NCBI GenBank assembly: GCA_907165135.1
Contig: OU015568.1
Coordinates: 16,193,208 to 16,257,207, forward strand
Reading direction: 5' to 3'
DNA from: Oikopleura dioica
Lineage: Eukaryota > Animalia > Chordata
DNA: 64,000 bases
Position numbers and translations under genes: made by a program
Part shown: positions 1-11,252 of the stretch, in pieces
Position numbering within the stretch: the stretch's first letter is position 1
Layout: the number at the start of each line of letters is the position of its first letter
Notes under the pieces: generated by a model
Seen by the model: the letters and a program-made list of their open reading frames with translations, nothing else
The model's database searches: none
What the model was told of the DNA's origin: nothing

Positions 1-82
1 ATTTCTTGCCGAGGAACGAAAGAATCGGCTGCAATTTCGAACACTTCGCTATTTGTCGAGAAAAACGGGTGAAACTAAATCA

Positions 83-985
83 TTATTGAAGCGTTGGAAA
101 AAAAGAGCTTACAAAAGTATAACCGAGCGCAAGCGCTTTTTCTTCTAACTCTTGAATATATTTTTGGAATCTTCTTTTACCACCAAACCAAGGCATATCA
201 GGGTAGACGCCTCCATAGTAATAAGCCCGTCTCGAGCATTCTAATCGATAGTAATTTCCATAAACTAATCTGCAAATTGAAAGGTGATAAAGAAACTCAT
301 CTTGGGTTCCAAGTTGAGGATAAATTTCGTCGTAGGGAATTCCAATTTCGACCAAAAGACTCTCGATAAATGAGTCGATCGCTTTAGTGTCAGGTTCATT
401 GTCCAGTGTTTGGAAACGCGCATCTTTTTCCAACAACGAGCGAGCCCAAAGTTGTCCATATAGAACTATCAGTATACGAAACGGATACTCGGCATTTTTG
501 CAGGGATTTAAAGAATGAAAGACTTCTTTTAAATTAGGATATATGATTTTTTGGATGTTACAAAACGCATCTTCAGCCAAACTGCCATCATAGAAGAACT
601 CTCGCTGAACCATGCACATGTGTTCCGTTATGGCCCGCCGACCGAAATTTACTGCAGGACATCCGCTGTTGGCCACGCCGTAAGAAGTCATCGTTGGCAG
701 ATTATCATAAATTTTATTCTGATGCATATGATGAATGCAAAAAGATGGTGAATACTCGATCAACCACTCATGCTGTCGAACAATTACTCTCTGTTCGATT
801 TTTTTGGAGGTCTTATTATAGTAACTTTCAATAAAGAAAGATATTCGCTGCATTCGTTTAAGCACTCCTGTAGATTTTACGGATTGAAGGAGCGGATTGT
901 GGCAGAAACGAGAAGGTCTCTCAACCAGAAAACAGGGAAAATCAGACTTTACGTCATCGAAAAACTCCAAATTTTTTATTAACAT
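83..985 (-). CDS. Intronless 300-aa hypothetical protein (orphan)
   Basis: Long uninterrupted ATG-initiated ORF in AT-rich DNA with protein-like composition. No motif recognised. Confidence 0.55.
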   Translation of the reverse strand: MLIKNLEFFDDVKSDFPCFLVERPSRFCHNPLLQSVKSTGVLKRMQRISFFIESYYNKTSKKIEQRVIVRQHEWLIEYSPSFCIHHMHQNKIYDNLPTMTSYGVANSGCPAVNFGRRAITEHMCMVQREFFYDGSLAEDAFCNIQKIIYPNLKEVFHSLNPCKNAEYPFRILIVLYGQLWARSLLEKDARFQTLDNEPDTKAIDSFIESLLVEIGIPYDEIYPQLGTQDEFLYHLSICRLVYGNYYRLECSRRAYYYGGVYPDMPWFGGKRRFQKYIQELEEKALALGYTFVSSFFPTLQ

Positions 986-1205
986 TTTGCGAAATGAGAG
1001 AAAGTAGAATAAAATTTAGTATCAAATTGGTCACTGCCCTCGAGCGCCATTAACTTTCAAACGTAGAATCTAATGGAAACTCTAAGTGAAAGTTTAGCCC
1101 AAACGATGAGTAGATTGAAAATCGCGCGTTTTCTGAAAAATTCGTGATAAATCAAGTAAGAGTATAAAGAGACGAGCGAAAACGAAATGACACCAGTCTT
1201 TCGAG

Positions 1206-1614
1206 ATGGCCGACTTATCAGAAGAAGAGCGAAAAGCTTACGAGGAACAATATACACAAGGACTGCGAAAAATGAGAGATTTTCGAATCTACACAAAAGA
1301 CTTTGTGGAAGAAGTCGAATTCATAAGCAACGTCTGGCCAGAGAAAGTGGTGTTGCTTGAGCACAAAATACCCGAAGTAAAGAACGAATGAATTTAATTT
1401 AACTTATTCTTTCTAGCACTGCAAGCGGCTTGACGGAATGAAGACCCTGTTCGATCAACGCATGTGGGACGGTGCAGAAGAGCGAAAAGACGACATCGGC
1501 CGGAAAGTGCGAGATATGCGGACGCTTATGCAAGAACTGGAGAACACTCTGAAGATTCATTTTCGAACAGCTTATGACCGCTACTATTTCACATTGATGA
1601 ACACCTCATTTTAG
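1206..1614 (+). CDS. 122-aa hypothetical helical protein, 2 exons; paralog of the next gene
   Basis: A GT-AG intron at 1377-1416 joins ...EHKIPE to HCKRLD... The C-terminus ELENTLKIHFRTAYDRYYFT matches DLEFTLNVHYKVAVERYYFT of the 1718-2128 gene. AATAAA lies downstream. Confidence 0.7.
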
Positions 1615-1717
1615 ATCTACTCTTTCTTACTCCGTTTATTATTGTTAAATTTCTGCATGCTATCGATTAATAGTTTAATAAATAGGCAAATTAAAAAATT
1701 AACGGTTATTTTTCCAG

Positions 1718-2128
1718 ATGAGTTGCTTGACCAGACACGAACTTAATGCTTATCGTCAAAAAGTGGCGCAAGACCTTCACCAAATGAAAACATTCAATTA
1801 CATATCAAGGCTTTTTATTAACACCGTTAGACTGGCGTTTATCTGCGCCAATGACGAAATGATGCTTTACGAGCATTTGGTGCCAAATGTAAGTGACCGA
1901 CAAAAAATAACTAACTATTCTCAAAAGCATTGCATGCGACTCGACAAAATAAGAAAGAAACTAAATGAGCCGCTGTGGAAAGCTGCCCTTTTACGCGAAG
2001 ACGAATACGAAAAAACAGTTCGAAAAACACTGAAAGTGACCCGCGACCTTGAATTTACGCTCAATGTACACTACAAAGTAGCCGTTGAGCGCTACTATTT
2101 TACATCAGCAAACTCGCCTTTCGACTAA
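1718..2128 (+). CDS. ~123-aa hypothetical protein; tandem paralog of 1206-1614
   Basis: Probable in-frame 39-nt intron at 1889-1927 in the same position (EHLVPN|HCMRLD). Shared RYYFT terminus. Confidence 0.7.
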   Translation: MSCLTRHELNAYRQKVAQDLHQMKTFNYISRLFINTVRLAFICANDEMMLYEHLVPNVSDRQKITNYSQKHCMRLDKIRKKLNEPLWKAALLREDEYEKTVRKTLKVTRDLEFTLNVHYKVAVERYYFTSANSPFD

Positions 2129-2257
2129 CCTCTGTTTCTAGCGCTACTAATAAAACCTCAAATTTTCAATAATAAAAGACAGTTTCTAGAAATAAAATGT
2201 TTTTTATTTGCAGCTCGTTTCAAGCGCATAAAAGTTAGTCTTTTCATCGAGCAGACG

Positions 2258-3237
2258 TTAGTCCTCTTCTTCCTCTTCGGCGTCTTTTTCCCAGAGTGGA
2301 CCATCGACGTTCCAGGAGCGACCGCTTCGTGTTAAGAAGCTAACGCGACAGTTGCCCGACACCAAATCCGACCAAAATCGCCCGAAACGGGCTTCAAAAG
2401 CATCCTCTAATGAGGATGCTCTCTCCGCCAACGTCTCCTGATCTTCTGACGAGAGAAATTCGCCAAGGTAGCGGATAACCAAATCGTAGGGCAATTCTTC
2501 GCAGAAGTCAGCCTGATCCCGGGGAGCTTGATGGAATCGCTCTCCTAAAAAATATTTATACGCGACTATATGAGCAAAAACTTACGCTTTCCTCGCACCA
2601 TTTTCCCCATCTTCTTAAGCGAGCTGCTCTTTCCAGGAGTCTTCTTGGTGGTGGGGGTTTTGCCGGGAGTTTTTTTCGCCGACTTCTTGCCAGGCGTTTT
2701 TTTGCCAGGCGTTTTTTTGCCAGGCGTGATTGCTTTGAGCAATGTACGACCCGGGTTACGAGCGGCTTCTTCAACGGAAAGGAGGACCTCGTTTACGCCA
2801 CGATGGATGGCCGGACCGACACCGCCACGTTCGCCAAACCGCCCGCGACGAACTTCGGTATCAGATGGACCATCGCTTGATGGAGCAGCCATGTCCTGCT
2901 GAGTTCGTCGATTTCGCCGGTCAAGTCGATCTTGGAGCTCTCGTCGATTTTTCTCCGCAATCGGCTCGTCGCGCATAACGGCGGCTTGACGACGGATCTC
3001 GGCGAGCTGAGCCTCCCGTTGCTGCTCCTGAAGACGAGCTCGCTCGGCGAAGGGGTTTGATCGAGTTCTCATCGAGCCCAACTCGGTATAACGGAGCACG
3101 CCGCGATCCGTTTCGATGTCGGACATCATTTCGACGTCAGAGGTGCCACTTGAGGATGGAGAAGAAACTTCACTGCCGAGAAGTTCCAATCGAAGATGTC
3201 GTAAGTGGCGTTCAGCCTCGCGAAGATTGGAAGTCAA
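2258..3237 (-). CDS. 312-aa protein with TPGK(K) repeats and a C-terminal F-box-like motif, 2 exons
   Basis: A 41-nt GT-AG intron at 2545-2585 joins ORF 2566-3237 in phase to ORF 2258-2494 (939 nt total). Five TPGK motifs. EELPYDLVIRYLGEFLSSED resembles the F-box consensus. Confidence 0.7.
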
Positions 3238-3644
3238 CCGCGAAAAACGACGACTGATGGACCTTGTTTGCTAAAAAATCGAATAAACAATTGGCTGCAA
3301 TTAAAATTTTTAAGAATAAAAAGTAGCGCCAATCAATACGTACCACCATTTTGACGAAAATCGCTTTTTTGGTGTTTCCCCGACTGCTTGAAAAGACAAA
3401 CTGAGGATTTTTACTTATTTTTCAAAACAAGGGAAGGCATTCTAGAGATTCGATTTTCTTGGAAAACAACAGTATCTCTAGATAATCACGTTCGAGAGAT
3501 TTTCCGCCCAAATCACCCTTGGAGAAAATGTCAACACGCTTAAAGGATTATTTTCACTTCCTTCCGCCGCAGGTGTGAAGGAACATAAATTCAGCGGCGA
3601 AATCGGTTTGGTGTCCTTTTTTCGATAAAAGCGCAAAAAATCAA

Positions 3645-4178
3645 ATGACTGACGACTTCGAAATGAATATTCCCGCAACAACCTGCGGCTTTTCTTCGAC
3701 AAGCAACTGCGATCAACAACGAGCGCCGCATGTCCCTCCGCTCGAAATGACCGACAAGGAATACATTGAGAAATGCGAAAAACTCATTGGTGATGGGCGA
3801 AAGAACTTTACACCCTTCTTGGGATATCGTTTATGGAAGGTTACTGATGGTGAAGACTTTTTTATTCCAGCTGCAACGTTTGCGGAAATTATTAAAAGAA
3901 AAAACCTGAAGGTGCCACGAAAGTTGCGAGACAAAATCCGATCTGGGGAAAGTTTCGATAATTATACGATTATAATAAATGCGCGAGATTATAATTATTT
4001 CGGATCTTACCCAAACAAGGACAAAGATTTGATGCTTTTACGTCGAGAATTGCGATCAACTACTAAGATGCGCGAAGAAGAAGAAAATAAAGCTGCTGAA
4101 AGACTTCTTGGAGTTTTTGGAAACGAGTCATCTGAAAGCGACAACGAAGACGATAAAAAGAGCGAAGTCAAAAAGTAA
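3645..4178 (+). CDS. 177-aa hypothetical protein, acidic C-terminus
   Basis: ATG ORF divergent from the TPGK gene, followed by AATAAA-like signals. Confidence 0.55.
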   Translation: MTDDFEMNIPATTCGFSSTSNCDQQRAPHVPPLEMTDKEYIEKCEKLIGDGRKNFTPFLGYRLWKVTDGEDFFIPAATFAEIIKRKNLKVPRKLRDKIRSGESFDNYTIIINARDYNYFGSYPNKDKDLMLLRRELRSTTKMREEEENKAAERLLGVFGNESSESDNEDDKKSEVKK

Positions 4179-4567
4179 TTCTTTTATGAACATTCTGTTA
4201 GACAATCAAATGAAAAAATAAAAAGAAATACTTTTATTCCCGAATATTTCGTCTATTAATTTTACCGCAGAATTTCGCTTGAGTTTGAGGAAGGCTACTT
4301 GCTTTATTATACTTTACAAAGTAAATATAAATTGTTCATAGGGTCATTAAGGAGAAAAACTCATTAAGATTGTTCCAAGAAACAATTAAGATTGTAATCG
4401 AGCAAAATTAATCACGATTTTTCACAAATGGACTCCAGATGTTAAAAATCTGCTTGCATAAACAGCTGGAAAGTCCACATATAAGCGCTTAGGAATTTCA
4501 GAAAATCACAAAATCAAAAAATCAAATTTTCAGCTAAAGAAGAAAGAAGAAAAGAAGAAAGAAGAAG

Positions 4568-4786
4568 ATGAGCGACATTTTCAAGTATGGAATCATCTCA
4601 TTTGTTCTTTTGTCCATTTTCGCTGCCTTTGTAATTACTGCATTCTGGATCACACTCGCCTATCACATCTTCTGGATCATCATTTTCGCTACGCTTTTGA
4701 GAACTCTTGTTGTTCACTGCAAGAAGGCTTCAAAAGAAACTGTACAAAACATTCAGCTGCAAGTTGTAACTGTACATAACATATAA
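4568..4786 (+). CDS. 72-aa small membrane protein
   Basis: ATG ORF with a ~40-residue hydrophobic stretch. AATAAA about 20 nt after the stop. Confidence 0.5.
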   Translation: MSDIFKYGIISFVLLSIFAAFVITAFWITLAYHIFWIIIFATLLRTLVVHCKKASKETVQNIQLQVVTVHNI

Positions 4787-4899
4787 TTCATTCTTCCATT
4801 CCTGCAAATAAAAATAATTTGCACAATTCAAATTTTCTAAGTTTATTTAAAAAAATTTTTAAACAAAATGCAATTGTTGAATATGATATCGAACGTGAA

Positions 4900-6000
4900 G
4901 CTTCATTTCATAAAAAGCAATTAAGTTTATTAAAGAACGGAAATGACTAAACATGTTAAGTTTCATTTTAAAAACTCGAATGTATCAAAGAATGAATAAG
5001 ACTGACAGTAAAGTTTTCATTTTATTTATTGATAAAAACGTTGTTTATTACGCACATTGCAAGAATTTAGGATCATTTTATTTTTGACAACCTGCCTGAT
5101 TTATAATTTTCTTTACATTTTGTTTCATTTTGAAGACGTTATCTACCTAGCACAGTGTACAAATTTAGAATCATTTTAATATTAAAATAATACTCTTGTT
5201 GATTACGTTAGATACATAAGAAATTTTTTTGAATCATTTTATTTTGATAACTTTATTTTCTTCATAATCTACTTGCATTGAGTTTCATTTAAAAATTGCA
5301 TTTACTAAGCTGATTGTATTGATCAAGCTTCATTTTATCGAGTATAATTACAGTATTAAAAACAAATTTAGAATCATTATTAATTTAAATGGTGCCTTTT
5401 TTTAATGCCATTAGTTTCATTTTAAAACTTGTGTCTATGCAGCAAACTGCGTACTTTAAGATTCATTTCTTCAAAAGTTATAAAGTAAAAAGTTTCTTCG
5501 ATTATCTAAAAGCGGTCAGAAATCAAGGTTCATTTCATTAATGGTCAATCATTACATAGCAACACGTAGAAAATTTGCACTCATTTTTTCATTAACAGAA
5601 GCGGAAATCTTTAAGTTTCATTTAATATTAGTCGGCCACTTGCCAGAGTCAAAGAAGAAATAATAAGAGTTCATTTTAAAATAAACTAAACGGCTTGAGA
5701 GAATAGTCGATATCTTGAGGAGTTTAGATATAACATTTTATAAGAAGTATTTTTCTCTACGGCAAATCTTCAGATTTCGGTATAACTTTCGTATTCATTT
5801 TTTCATTTTTATCTAAAAGCCGCTTTAGAAAAATGATCAAAATCATGAAAGACTCACTTTTTTTTGGATTTTTTCTCTCAGTAGTGAAGAGGCTTCTTGG
5901 ATTCACGAAGATAAGCATTCAGAATCATTTCACGAAAATAATATTTTTTAAACCACCATCAAAACTCTTAAGCGTTTTTATAATTGCAGCTCATGGCTCA
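4900..6000. repeat. Degenerate AT-rich periodic array (TCATTT motif roughly every 45-55 bp)
   Basis: Recurring (g/t)TTCATTT(t)a and AGAATCATTT motifs, with no ORFs. Confidence 0.4.
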
Positions 6001-6633
6001 TTTTAAAATTGTGAAATAAAATTTTGCGCTGCTCTTAAAAAGGCTGAAAAATAGACTATAAAATCGCTACCTGGTGAGAACTTTAAAGTAAAGCCAAAAG
6101 ATTCGGGGGCATCGTATTTGAAGCTAGGACTTACGCCATCGATTCATTGACTTATGTATCCTAGAGCGCGAGAAAATAGGCGCTGGATAAAAACCATGAA
6201 ATTCCATGAATGCAATAGTTATTTTAAGGGAACATGTTTTGTAAAAGTCTGCACCTTTAAAATTGTTTCATTTATTCAATATTTTGAGGTTTATTTATTG
6301 ATAGGTAGATTAAAGTAGAAAAAGGGTTTAAGGTTTTTTGAAAGGAAAAGATAACGCGGCAATCATGCGGCAGGGGCGTGACGAATCCTTCTTGTTGGCT
6401 TTGCTTGAGAGTGAGCGCTTGTAGTTAGTCCCAGCGGCGAATCTGAAAGAATTGAAGATCAAAATGGTGCTCAACTTAAAAAGTACTTTGTGCGGTAGAA
6501 GGTCGATAAGAGCGGCTGATAGCATAAAGTGCAGAAGTGCGCAAGTTGGAAAGCACCTGCGCAAGGACATATAAGACGCAAATTTTGCTTTCGGGTATAA
6601 ACATTTGCAAACTGAGAAATCAAAAACAAGAAA

Positions 6634-6807
6634 ATGGCTACCAATTTTATTCAGGTTGTCCTTGAAAGCATCATCCTTGGATGCTGCTTTTGCGTCCTAA
6701 TGTCTGCCACTTTCGCTGCCGTCGTCTTCATTGTGATCACAAACCTGCCGCCCATTTATAGCGATGAGGAACTGTTCCCTCACCGTTTCACAACCATAAC
6801 ACCCTGA
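6634..6807 (+). CDS. 57-aa small membrane protein candidate
   Basis: MATNFIQVVLESIILGCCFCVLMSATFAAVVFIVITNLPP...; long hydrophobic segment. Below the ORF-track length cutoff. Confidence 0.35.
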   Translation: MATNFIQVVLESIILGCCFCVLMSATFAAVVFIVITNLPPIYSDEELFPHRFTTITP

Positions 6808-7420
6808 TACCTATACTTACCACATAAACTTACTAGAAATAAATGAATTGACCAAGTAAGAATCCTCTATGTTGGCAGCGCAAAAGTTGAAGCATATTCG
6901 AAATTAAAACTATTGTGAAAACCCCTTTTTATTATATATGAAAGTTAGAATCAAGGCAAAGATTTTTATTTTCTACATAAAAGAAATACAAATAGATGCA
7001 TTATGGTTAATGGCAATGAAAAAGCTCATGCAGCGGCGGCGTGGCTTGAGTCAGAACGCGCGGGGAGCAGCGAGTCGGAGCTGAATAGAAAGTAAATGGA
7101 ATGTTCGAGAAGAAGAGAACATACCGAATGTTCTAGATGTGGATGAGAGAAGGGAAAGCTGGATCGATGAAGGGACAAAGGGCGGTTAATCCTCGGGCGT
7201 GGATCGGCGCGTGAAAGCGAGCGCTGGGATTGGTGCACTGAACCGCGGGCCGCGAGAGAAAGAGCTCAGACGCTCAAGTAGCGTATTTTCTACCACTGAA
7301 AGTTGTTTAGCTAGGGTTAGAGTTAATTTAAGAGTAAGGGAATAGCAGAATAGCGTTCAGTAGCGTTTAAAACGGGGGTAGAGTGAAAAAAATAATTTTT
7401 TTCGTTTAAAACCGCTAAAA

Positions 7421-7699
7421 TAGTAGTGACTGACCATTAAAAGTGGTTAAAAATGGCTACAGTGGAGTGGCCGAAAAAGCGCCGCGCCCTACAGTGTATA
7501 TTTGTTGCATGCATATTATGCATGTGCATATTCACTGGTGGTGGTGGTGTAAAATGCTCTCATCATATGTCTGAAGGTGTGGCAAGAAGGCCCTGAGGGG
7601 CCTTCCCCCCGCACTGAGCCGTGAGTCTTCCGGTTCAGTGCTCCACTGCTCTTATCCAATCGAGAACCAGGAAAATTGTCAAATGGTCAGTCACTACTA
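7421..7699. mobile_element. MITE-like inverted repeat
   Basis: Perfect 18-bp inverted repeat tagtagtgactgaccatt (7421-7438) / aatggtcagtcactacta (7682-7699). Internal hairpin gaaggccctgaggggccttc. Confidence 0.4.
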
Positions 7700-8189
7700 T
7701 TACTACTGGCGTTTTTCGGATTCTGCGCGAAAATAGCCCTTTACGCGCACTTCGGATTTCGTGACGATTTCGAGCATTTCTGATCGAATTTTAGGGTCTT
7801 TTGGAGAGTGAAGATTGGTTTCCAAAGGCTTGGATCTTGATATCTTAGGGTTCTTTATTTGAAAGAAATTATTTCCCAAGTTAGATTTTAGGGCGAAATA
7901 GTGCGAACTTTCGCCGAGTTTTTCGACTGAGATTTTTAACCCCTCGAGTCTAAGTCGACACTTTCAAGGAAGAGCTTATTTTGATTGACTAAAAATTCTT
8001 CATTTTCAAATGATTGCTATTTAATGTTATTTATACTGTTTATCGAATTAATATTTTGAGGAAAACTTAGGCAATCAACTTGTTCTCGTTTCAATCTAAT
8101 TTGTTCTCGACGCCCACGCGTTTCAGTCCGAAAAGCGACGTTTAGAATAAAGCGACGCCTGGAATAATACGCCGTTCAGAATAGTGTTA

Positions 8190-9245
8190 TAATCGTCGTT
8201 TTGTGTAAAACGTCGTGCATCCATATTGTTTGGCGCAGCTATATGACAACCAAAGCAAAATTTGTAACTTCCGGGATTCTTGTGACAGCACACCTTGCAC
8301 AGCCAGCAACCATCTTTGAGCCACCAACCCGAGGATAGTTTCTTTGGAATCCAGGCTTCTGCTTGAAGCTGCTGCCTGATTTAAGGACGCTCGTATATCA
8401 GCGCTTGTCGACTTTCTGCCAGTACAGATCTTCAATACCTCTTTCTCGTTTAGCTTCCATCACCCTTTGGAGATTCGGGTTCTTCTGGAATTTCTTCCTC
8501 TGGTTCTTTTTCCTCGTCGCTATCACTTGATTCTTGAATTTCCCCGGATTCGTAATCTTCCTGGCAAGCGACACTATCCGCATTTTTATAAGCATTCTCT
8601 TTGATTCTCTCTTCGAGAGCATCTTCCATTGGCAACGGTTGGTCCTTATCGAGATCCAAGCCCGGGTGAGACTCTTAAATTGACTTCATGAAATCTTGCA
8701 CCTGGAAGAACTGCATCTCGTCATCAGTCATGACAGGAACCTGCGACATCGCGTTTATGTATTTTAGCAAAGCGGGACCTCTCGCGAGCTCTTTGCCCTG
8801 TCGGATTCGCTCAAGGAATTCTTTTATGCGATCACGAATGGCATACTTTGTCTTTCTTCGCTCCATGCGCTCTTTTTAACGAGAATCATCTTCCTCAGCT
8901 TTCATGATATAAAAGAAGTACGGATCAGCTGGAGCTGCTTCCCCACAGCTTCGCCAAACAGTTCAGTCTAGTTGATTTATTCACAGAATCACATGGATAC
9001 CTAGAGCATTGCCACTCATCAAGCGACCATTCGGTCAGCTTCTTTGCTGTACGATTCGTCTTTGTTTTCTTGAAGAAACCATCTTTCAATTTCTCCGCTT
9101 GTGAAGTAATCAGGCCTCCGTGATGCATGGTGCAGACATTGACAGCGACTTTCTTGAATGAGGCGGCTTCTTTATTTGCAATCATCATGATTCCACGCGA
9201 AGCTGGATAATAGGTACTAAAATAAATTCTTCCCGAGGCCCACAA
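8190..9245 (-). pseudogene. Fragmented coding-like sequence of unknown family
   Basis: Consecutive protein-like minus-strand ORF pieces (8925-9245, 8675-8866, 8450-8659) separated by stops or frameshifts. The 5' end is cut by a hairpin element. Confidence 0.3.
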
Positions 9246-9522
9246 TTATAAAGGGTTCAATATACTTCCCTGGGCTCACTAAGTAAACGGGTTTCAGATT
9301 CTCGAAATGAATCGAGCGCCCATGGCAAACTTGCTCTTCGTTTTTTTTCCAGAAGTGCTATTTGGATTTTCTAGAAGTGCCAAGAACAAAATTCAATTGG
9401 TTCGCCGATTTCGAGTTCAACAGAGTTCGTACAATTCATTTTGAGAATCTGAAACCCGTTTACTTAGTGAGCCCAGGGAAGAATATTGAACCCGTTATAA
9501 TTGTGGGCCTCGGGAAGAATTT
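9224..9522. mobile_element. Hairpin MITE (~300 bp)
   Basis: About 85-bp inverted arms (aaattcttcccgaggcccacaattataa... / ...ttataattgtgggcctcgggaagaattt). Confidence 0.65.
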
Positions 9523-9683
9523 GCCCTTTATAATATTGGGCCCCCTTTTTGATTACGAATGTAAATAATTAATGGAGATTCCTTTACCTTGTTTCATTTT
9601 AGGTAAAAGTGATAACCTTACCCTTATGCAGCATAAGTTATGCTTATCGGCGCGGGTGCGCGTCAGTAGCTACGGTTTGGGGG

Positions 9684-11252
9684 CAGAGTTGCAAATTTTG
9701 TGAGCTAGCTGAGCTGAGCTATCTGAGCTAGCTGAGCTACAGCTCAGCTCAGCTCAGCTCAGCAATTTTGAGGTTAGTGTCAGCTCAGCTCAATTTTTCT
9801 GAAGAAAACTAGCTCAGCTCAGCTCAATAGATTTTCGAAAAGAGCCAGCTCAGCTCAGCTAGCTCAATTTTAACCTCAGCTCAGCTAGCTCAGCTCAGCT
9901 CAGTCTACTGAGCTGACAAAGATCGAACCACTTTTGATTGGTCTTATTTTCAAAAACTTACACGTATTTTCTATTGTGGCTTTCCTGTTGGTCAATTTTA
10001 GATAGAAATAATTCGAGTTTTCTTTGAAGCAAGAGAGAAATAAGATAAAAAATAGCTTCTTATAAAAAAAATAATAAGGTACAGATGGTAAATATGTGAT
10101 TGCGAATGTGAGAGACTGGTCTAGGGGTGTGCGAGGGCAGGGGCTCCCTGTCCGTCTACTCTAGAAGGTTGAAACATTGGCTCACCCACATAAATGATAC
10201 CACTGTATCATATATTGGAGGATTCCTTATTGTTAAATTACAGAATAAATTTTTTATGTCAAAAAGTGCGAAGTTGCGAGTGAGATGCTGGTCTAGGGGT
10301 GTGTGAGGGCAGGCGCTCCCCTGTCTAGGGTTCCGCACGATTGGGACAGAGACTTTAAATTTACCAAAATTTTTTAATTCTACTAAAAATGACTAGTAGA
10401 ATCCATTTCCGATCCTAGTTTTTCCTAAAAGCCATTTTTTCTGTCATTTTAAAGCTATTTAAAAATACAAAGTTTAATTAGCTTCTGCGCTCTGATTGGT
10501 CAGCTGTGCAAGGGACTTTTTCTAGACTGAAGATTCTTCCATCTGAACAACACAGTCAGAAATTCGACCAATCAGCGCGCGGGAAATGAAAATGTTAATG
10601 CTTATGAAAACTTTAATTGATCAGCCCACAAAAAGTTCGCTGAGTTATAATTTCATTTAAAAACAAAAACTACTATTTTTTGGTGTTCTTTTCAATGGGA
10701 GGGCGACTGAACGTGGGCGACAGAAATATACCGGAAAAACCGAGATAAATCGGCGAATTTATAGAGTTATCAGAGTATAAGTATCGTCATTTTCTTCGCC
10801 ATAGTCGAAAACCTCAATCCCATTCAAAACTTCAAAATCTGTTATAGTTTAATTTGGTTTTTGAAATTTGGGTCCTCCGATCGTGCGGAACCCTACCCCT
10901 GTCCATCTACTCTAGAAGGTTGAAATTCGCTGCAATACATTTTGTTGACATTTTTTGTAGTAAATAAAAATCAGCTTTCTCAGCTCAGCTCAGCTAGCTC
11001 AGCTCAGCTAGCTCAGCTTAAAAAAATGGTCAGCTCAGCTCAGCTAGCTCAGTTTGAGAAATCATCAGCTCAGCTCAAAAATTTTCAAATATGCCCCAGC
11101 TCAGCTCAGCTCAGCTCAATTTTTTTGAAAAAATTCAGCTCAGCTCAGCTCAGTTGTTCTTAAAGGGGGCCAGCTCAGCTCAGCTCAGCTCAATTTCGAC
11201 CTCAGCTCAGCTAGCTCAGCTCAGAAAAAATTTTCAAAAATTTGCAACTCTG
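9684..11252. mobile_element. Non-autonomous hAT-like element with (AGCTC)n subterminal arrays
   Basis: 15-bp TIR cagagttgcaaattt / aaatttgcaactctg. 8-bp TSD tttggggg (9676-9683, 11253-11260). AGCTC pentamer arrays at ~9700-9915 and ~10975-11225. Confidence 0.8.
10326..10895. mobile_element. Nested non-autonomous hAT-like element
   Basis: TIR tagggttccgcacgat / atcgtgcggaacccta. 8-bp TSD cccctgtc (10318-10325, 10896-10903). Confidence 0.8.
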
